Positions 60,098 to 64,000 of a stretch of DNA of 64,000 bases are shown here, one piece after another (the first letter of the stretch is position 1; each line of letters begins with the position of its first letter). A program made the position numbers and the translations under genes. The notes below the pieces were generated by a model that worked only from the letters and a program-made list of their open reading frames with translations, searched no databases and was not told the origin of the DNA. The DNA lies in the NCBI GenBank assembly GCA_965248435.1, contig OZ252100.1, positions 5,440,001 to 5,504,000 on the forward strand, read 5' to 3'. This stretch comes from Candidatus Latescibacterota bacterium (GTDB lineage Bacteria > Latescibacterota > UBA2968 > GCA-2709665).

Positions 60098-60102
60098 TTA
60101 AG

Positions 60103-61293
60103 ATGGCGCTTCGTATCAATCAGAACATCCCGAGCATCAACGTTCAGCGTCTCGGGAAGATCAACAACCGAGAGCTGAAGGTGCACATTGAGCGCCTCTC
60201 GTCAGGTCTGAGGGTGAACAGGGCGGCGGATGACGCCTCCGGGCTGAGCGTTTCGGAGGGTATGCGCGCAGAGATTTCGGGTCTACGCCAGGGCGCAATG
60301 AACACCCAGGGCGCAATCGATCTGATCCAGACGGCCGAGGGGGCCCTCAGCGAAGTCAGCGACATGCTCATCCGGATGAGGTCACTGGCCGTTCAGTCGG
60401 CCTCATCTACGGTGAACGATGGCAACCGCGAGTCAATCAACGCGGAATTCGCCCAGCTGATTACCGAGATCGATCGGATCGCCAGTGTCACATCCTACAA
60501 CAACTCTTCGATTCTGTCCGGATTTGGCAATGTGCTCGATGAAGCTTCCTCGACGGCGCTGGCTTCCTTCACGACTGGTGTGATCAACGTTCAACTGACT
60601 GGGGCGGCCTCTGGCACCTATCAGTTCATCGACTCATCGAACAACGACAGGGAAATCACCCTCGGCAACGGCGTCATCTCGCAGACGATCGATATCGGGA
60701 CTGCCCTGGATGTAGATGGAGCCGCGGGAGGTGTGGTTGCTTCGGGCAGCGCCATCGTCGCCAACTTCGACAGGCTGGGTATCCAGCTTGTGATGAGTGG
60801 ACAAAGGGCAGCGGAGGGGATCAACCCGGCCACCGATGGCTACCGGGACGGCGAACTAGACGGGCGTTCGCTGGTCGTAAACCAGGGCGTGGGCGGTACC
60901 TTCCAGATCGGTCCTGACGACGGGGCCGTGCATCGCCTCGAGGCCAACGTGTCCGACATGCGCGCCACGGCTGGGGTGATCAACCTGGGAGGCGTTTCGC
61001 TCTCCACCCAATCGGCGTCACAGAACGCGATTACAAGCATCGAGCTGGCCATCACGAATGTATCTCAGGTCAGAGGAGATTTGGGAGCCCTCCAGAATCG
61101 ACTTTCCCATACGTTGAGAAATACGGAGAACTCGGTCGAGAACATTCAATCCTCCGAGTCCTCGATCCGGGACGCTGATATAGGGGCGGAAGTCAGCGGA
61201 TTTACCAGGTCGCAAATCCTTGTTCAATCCACGACGGCGATGCTTGCGCAGGCCAACGTGATTCCCCAAAATGCCCTGACCCTCTTGCAATAG
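60103..61293 (+). CDS. fliC: Flagellin
   Basis: RINQNI, RLSSGLRVNRAADDASGL, RGDLGALQNRL, SSIRDAD, MLAQAN..PQ..L.LL. Confidence 0.97.
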   Translation: MALRINQNIPSINVQRLGKINNRELKVHIERLSSGLRVNRAADDASGLSVSEGMRAEISGLRQGAMNTQGAIDLIQTAEGALSEVSDMLIRMRSLAVQSASSTVNDGNRESINAEFAQLITEIDRIASVTSYNNSSILSGFGNVLDEASSTALASFTTGVINVQLTGAASGTYQFIDSSNNDREITLGNGVISQTIDIGTALDVDGAAGGVVASGSAIVANFDRLGIQLVMSGQRAAEGINPATDGYRDGELDGRSLVVNQGVGGTFQIGPDDGAVHRLEANVSDMRATAGVINLGGVSLSTQSASQNAITSIELAITNVSQVRGDLGALQNRLSHTLRNTENSVENIQSSESSIRDADIGAEVSGFTRSQILVQSTTAMLAQANVIPQNALTLLQ

Positions 61294-61311
61294 AATCAGA
61301 CCAGGTCCCCG

Positions 61312-61355
61312 AAAGAACGGCATCGATCCCAGTGATCGATGCCGTTCTTTTTTTT
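61312..61355 (+). terminator. Intrinsic terminator of flagellin (may also serve the convergent MFS gene)
   Basis: 17-bp perfect stem AAAGAACGGCATCGATC/GATCGATGCCGTTCTTT ending in a T8 run. Confidence 0.92.
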
Positions 61356-61416
61356 CCTACCCCTTCAGATCAGGAAGTTTGGCCGCCGATAACCTTAGAT
61401 TGGTCTTGAGAAATCA

Positions 61417-62652
61417 CTATTCTGTCGTATTATGCGACGTCCGCTGGGTCTTGTCTGCTGTTTTCGGTCCCTCTTGCAAGGTCTCCGGTACGAGAAATGC
61501 GAATACGCCAGCAGCCAGAAGGCCAGTGACGGACATGGCGATTGCGGCAGCGCCGAGACTGAGGATGTCGGCGAGCTTCCCGACGACGAGCGGACAGCCC
61601 ATGTGGCCGACATCTCCGATGAGGCGCCATATGCCCAGAAATTCTGCCGTTGAGGCCCTGGGTGCAAGGTCCGCACCCAGGGTCATCATCGTTCCTGAGC
61701 CCAGGCCATTTCCCAGTCCGATCGTAGACGTGACGACCAGAAGCCCTAGAAAACCATCTGTTTGGGCAATGGCAGCGGTGCCAGCGACCTGAATCAGGAA
61801 ACTGGGCACGATGGCGTACTTTCTGCCATATCGGTCCATGATTTGGCCGGCGGGATAAAACATTGACATGTCGACAAATGAGGAGATGCTCAGGATCCAG
61901 CCCAGGGACTGAACATCGAGACCGATGACGTCGGCGCCATATAGGGGAATGATAATCGGACGGGCGCTTCGAGTCATCTGAGCCAGCAGCTGCCCGGTTC
62001 CGGCGACGGTGAGCTGTCGAAACTGGGCCCGGACGATGTCCAGAAGACGAAAGGACTGCGCCCCAGAAGGCGGAGGGGTTGTCACATCCCTGTCGACGCC
62101 TTCCACAAAGATGGCGGATGCGATCATCGCCAGAGCCGCTAGACAGGCATAGACAAAGAAGGGGGTGCGAAGATTGAACGCGACTGCCAGCGCCCCGCCC
62201 ACGGCCGGGCCGGCGAAACTGCCGATGCGGTTGACACCGCCGAAGACGGCGATCGCCCGGCCCCTTCTGTGGGGAAGTGTGATGCCGGTCAGGTAGGCAT
62301 GCCTGGAGATACGCCACAGCGCGTTGCCAAAACCTGTCACCAACCTAAGCGCGACCACCTGGAAGATAGATTCTGCCCAGAAGAGGGCCAGCACGGAGAG
62401 CACCTCGAACATGATGCCGATCATCATCACGCGCTTTCTGCCTAGTTTTCTGATGAGGATTCCGGCGGGAAGGTCGCCGAGCAGCGTGCCGATGCCATCG
62501 GACGCCAGAATGATCCCAATGAGGGTATAGGAGGTGTCGAAGGTCCTGGCGTAAATCGGCAGGACAGGGATCAGCATGCCGTGGCAGAACGCGAGGATAA
62601 ACGTTGGAAGGTAGACCTGAAGGAACAGCGGGGGTTGACTTTCCGAGCTCAT
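61417..62652 (-). CDS. MFS transporter
   Basis: About 12 TM; motif A GILIRKLGRK and GQIMDRYGRK; GPAVGG. Confidence 0.92.
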   Translation of the reverse strand: MSSESQPPLFLQVYLPTFILAFCHGMLIPVLPIYARTFDTSYTLIGIILASDGIGTLLGDLPAGILIRKLGRKRVMMIGIMFEVLSVLALFWAESIFQVVALRLVTGFGNALWRISRHAYLTGITLPHRRGRAIAVFGGVNRIGSFAGPAVGGALAVAFNLRTPFFVYACLAALAMIASAIFVEGVDRDVTTPPPSGAQSFRLLDIVRAQFRQLTVAGTGQLLAQMTRSARPIIIPLYGADVIGLDVQSLGWILSISSFVDMSMFYPAGQIMDRYGRKYAIVPSFLIQVAGTAAIAQTDGFLGLLVVTSTIGLGNGLGSGTMMTLGADLAPRASTAEFLGIWRLIGDVGHMGCPLVVGKLADILSLGAAAIAMSVTGLLAAGVFAFLVPETLQEGPKTADKTQRTSHNTTE

Positions 62653-62697
62653 GGCAGTTCGTAACCAGTCAAGTTCGTGGGCGGAAGACAGGGGGCA

Positions 62698-62726
62698 ATG
62701 GTAGCATCAACACCAATTCTTGTCAA
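62698..62726 (-). promoter_or_regulatory. sigma70-type promoter of the MFS gene
   Basis: TTGACA-N17-TACCAT with extended -10 TG. Confidence 0.7.
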
Positions 62727-62790
62727 GAAATGAGACAACGGAGGTGGATTTTGGGACGGTTTTCTATCCCGCTAACCCTGGTGGGTGACC

Positions 62791-64000
62791 GTGTCCGTTT
62801 CTGAAGGACCCGAACCCTCCCAACATCGCCGGATTCTCAGGTTGGCCGCTCCGAATTTAGTGGCCAATCTCTCCGTACCCCTCGTGGGAATCGTGGATAC
62901 GGCACTCGTCGGACATCTTCCAGAAGTGGCCTTAATGGGGGCTGTGGCCGTAGCGAGCGTGATCTTCGATGTCTTCTACGCGGGCCTTGGATTCTTGCGA
63001 ATGGGTACGACCTCGTTGACTGCGCAGTATCACGGTGCGAGGCAGCGTGGCCGGTGTGCGGAGGTACTCTGTCTCGCTGGCGTCCTCGCCATTTGTCTTG
63101 GGCTCGTGATCATCCTGCTCAGCGGGGGAATCGCGAACCTTGGGTTCAAACTGGTGGGGGCGTCTGAGGCCGTTGAATTCTGGGGGAAGGGCTATTTCGA
63201 AGTCCGAGTCTACGGCGCGCCGTTTGTCCTGCTAACCTTCGTCCTGATTGGATTCTTCAGGGGCATCGCAGACGTCGTCACCCCGATGTGGATGACTGTG
63301 ATTATCACGGCGCTGAACGTGTTTGGGGATTACGCGTTAATCTACGGCAAGTTCGGTGCACCGGCGCTCGGTATTCAGGGCGCTGCCTGGGCATCGGTTC
63401 TGGCCACACTTGCCGGCCTGCTCTATGGGTGTTGCGTGCTCGCGTGGAGGTATCGTGGCTACCTGGCCCTCCGAGTCGGGGATCGAAAACAGATCAGGCG
63501 GCTGTTGGTAACGAACCTGGACCTGTTTGGGCGCACGGCCTGCCTTCTATTCGCCCAATTTTTCGTACTGACGGTCGTGGGCCGACTTGGAGAGACTGCG
63601 CTGGCGGCGAACGCCATCGTGTGGCAGGTCTGGTTTCTGGTGAGCAACTCCGTGGATGCGGCTGCCTATGCAGCAGAAACGCTGGTGGGAAATTACCTGG
63701 GGGCACGGGAGTTTGTGAAGGCCAGGCAAATCTCGGGCAGATGCCTGCTCTGGGGTGCTGTGATGGGTCTTGGATTTGCCGGGGCCTATGGAGTGGCGAT
63801 GGAACCGATTGCCAGGGGGTTTACGCGCCACGAGGATGTCGTGGTTTTGGTCGTCTCCCTCACGTTCTGGGTCGCTGCCGTCCAGCCTCTAAACGGACTC
63901 GCCTACGTGCTGGACGGGATCTTCATTGGGGCAAACGATACCCGCCATCTCTTCCTGGCGATGGCCATCTCTGCGTTCGGGGTTTTCCTGCCTGCAACCC
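62791..64000 (+). CDS. MATE (DinF-like) efflux transporter, runs off window end (not in ORF track)
   Basis: Hand translation ILRLAAPNLVANLSVPLVGIVDTALVGHL, FLRMGTT, QPLNGLAYVLDGIFIGA. Confidence 0.93.
   Translation, partial: MSVSEGPEPSQHRRILRLAAPNLVANLSVPLVGIVDTALVGHLPEVALMGAVAVASVIFDVFYAGLGFLRMGTTSLTAQYHGARQRGRCAEVLCLAGVLAICLGLVIILLSGGIANLGFKLVGASEAVEFWGKGYFEVRVYGAPFVLLTFVLIGFFRGIADVVTPMWMTVIITALNVFGDYALIYGKFGAPALGIQGAAWASVLATLAGLLYGCCVLAWRYRGYLALRVGDRKQIRRLLVTNLDLFGRTACLLFAQFFVLTVVGRLGETALAANAIVWQVWFLVSNSVDAAAYAAETLVGNYLGAREFVKARQISGRCLLWGAVMGLGFAGAYGVAMEPIARGFTRHEDVVVLVVSLTFWVAAVQPLNGLAYVLDGIFIGANDTRHLFLAMAISAFGVFLPAT

Noticed and set aside
1-64000. tRNA, rRNA, transposase, integrase or intein
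   Set aside because: None was recognised by eye; core genes have normal lengths. A covariance-model scan would be needed to exclude small RNAs fully

Overview
Bacterial chromosomal window. Bases 1-24471 are an uninterrupted core superoperon: 3' part of rpoB, rpoC, str, S10, spc and alpha clusters, including rpmJ, which the ORF track missed. The RpoA N-terminus and bamD-nadD synteny suggest an FCB-group Gram-negative lineage (inference only). After a GHL10 hydrolase, rlmD and greA comes an 18.5 kb co-oriented signalling/export block: beta-propeller PP2C, NTT-HEAT transporter plus separate cNMP-binding protein, output-less response regulator, two kinases with twin DHp helices, SBP-TolC fusion and RND pump. 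Next are a eukaryote-like large purL and a structurally rich region at 50.3-52.4 kb, then cpoB-bamD-nadD, zapA, dispersed flagellar genes (fliL, fliN, flagellin with sigma28 promoter and CsrA-type leader), an MFS gene and a partial MATE gene. The best novelty candidate is 50.6-52.3 kb. It holds two tandem promoter-hairpin-U-tract units whose apices are perfectly complementary over 10 nt (putative sRNA pair or RNA switch), an orphan secreted EF-hand-like protein, and an unannotated 49-aa gene with its own promoter and a sequestered Shine-Dalgarno. Core genes carry unusual substitutions at antibiotic-target motifs (RpoB D516Q/S522D, S12 G91S, RpoC PSQD lost). No tRNA, rRNA, CRISPR array or transposase was recognised. 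All calls are by eye; no database searches were run.
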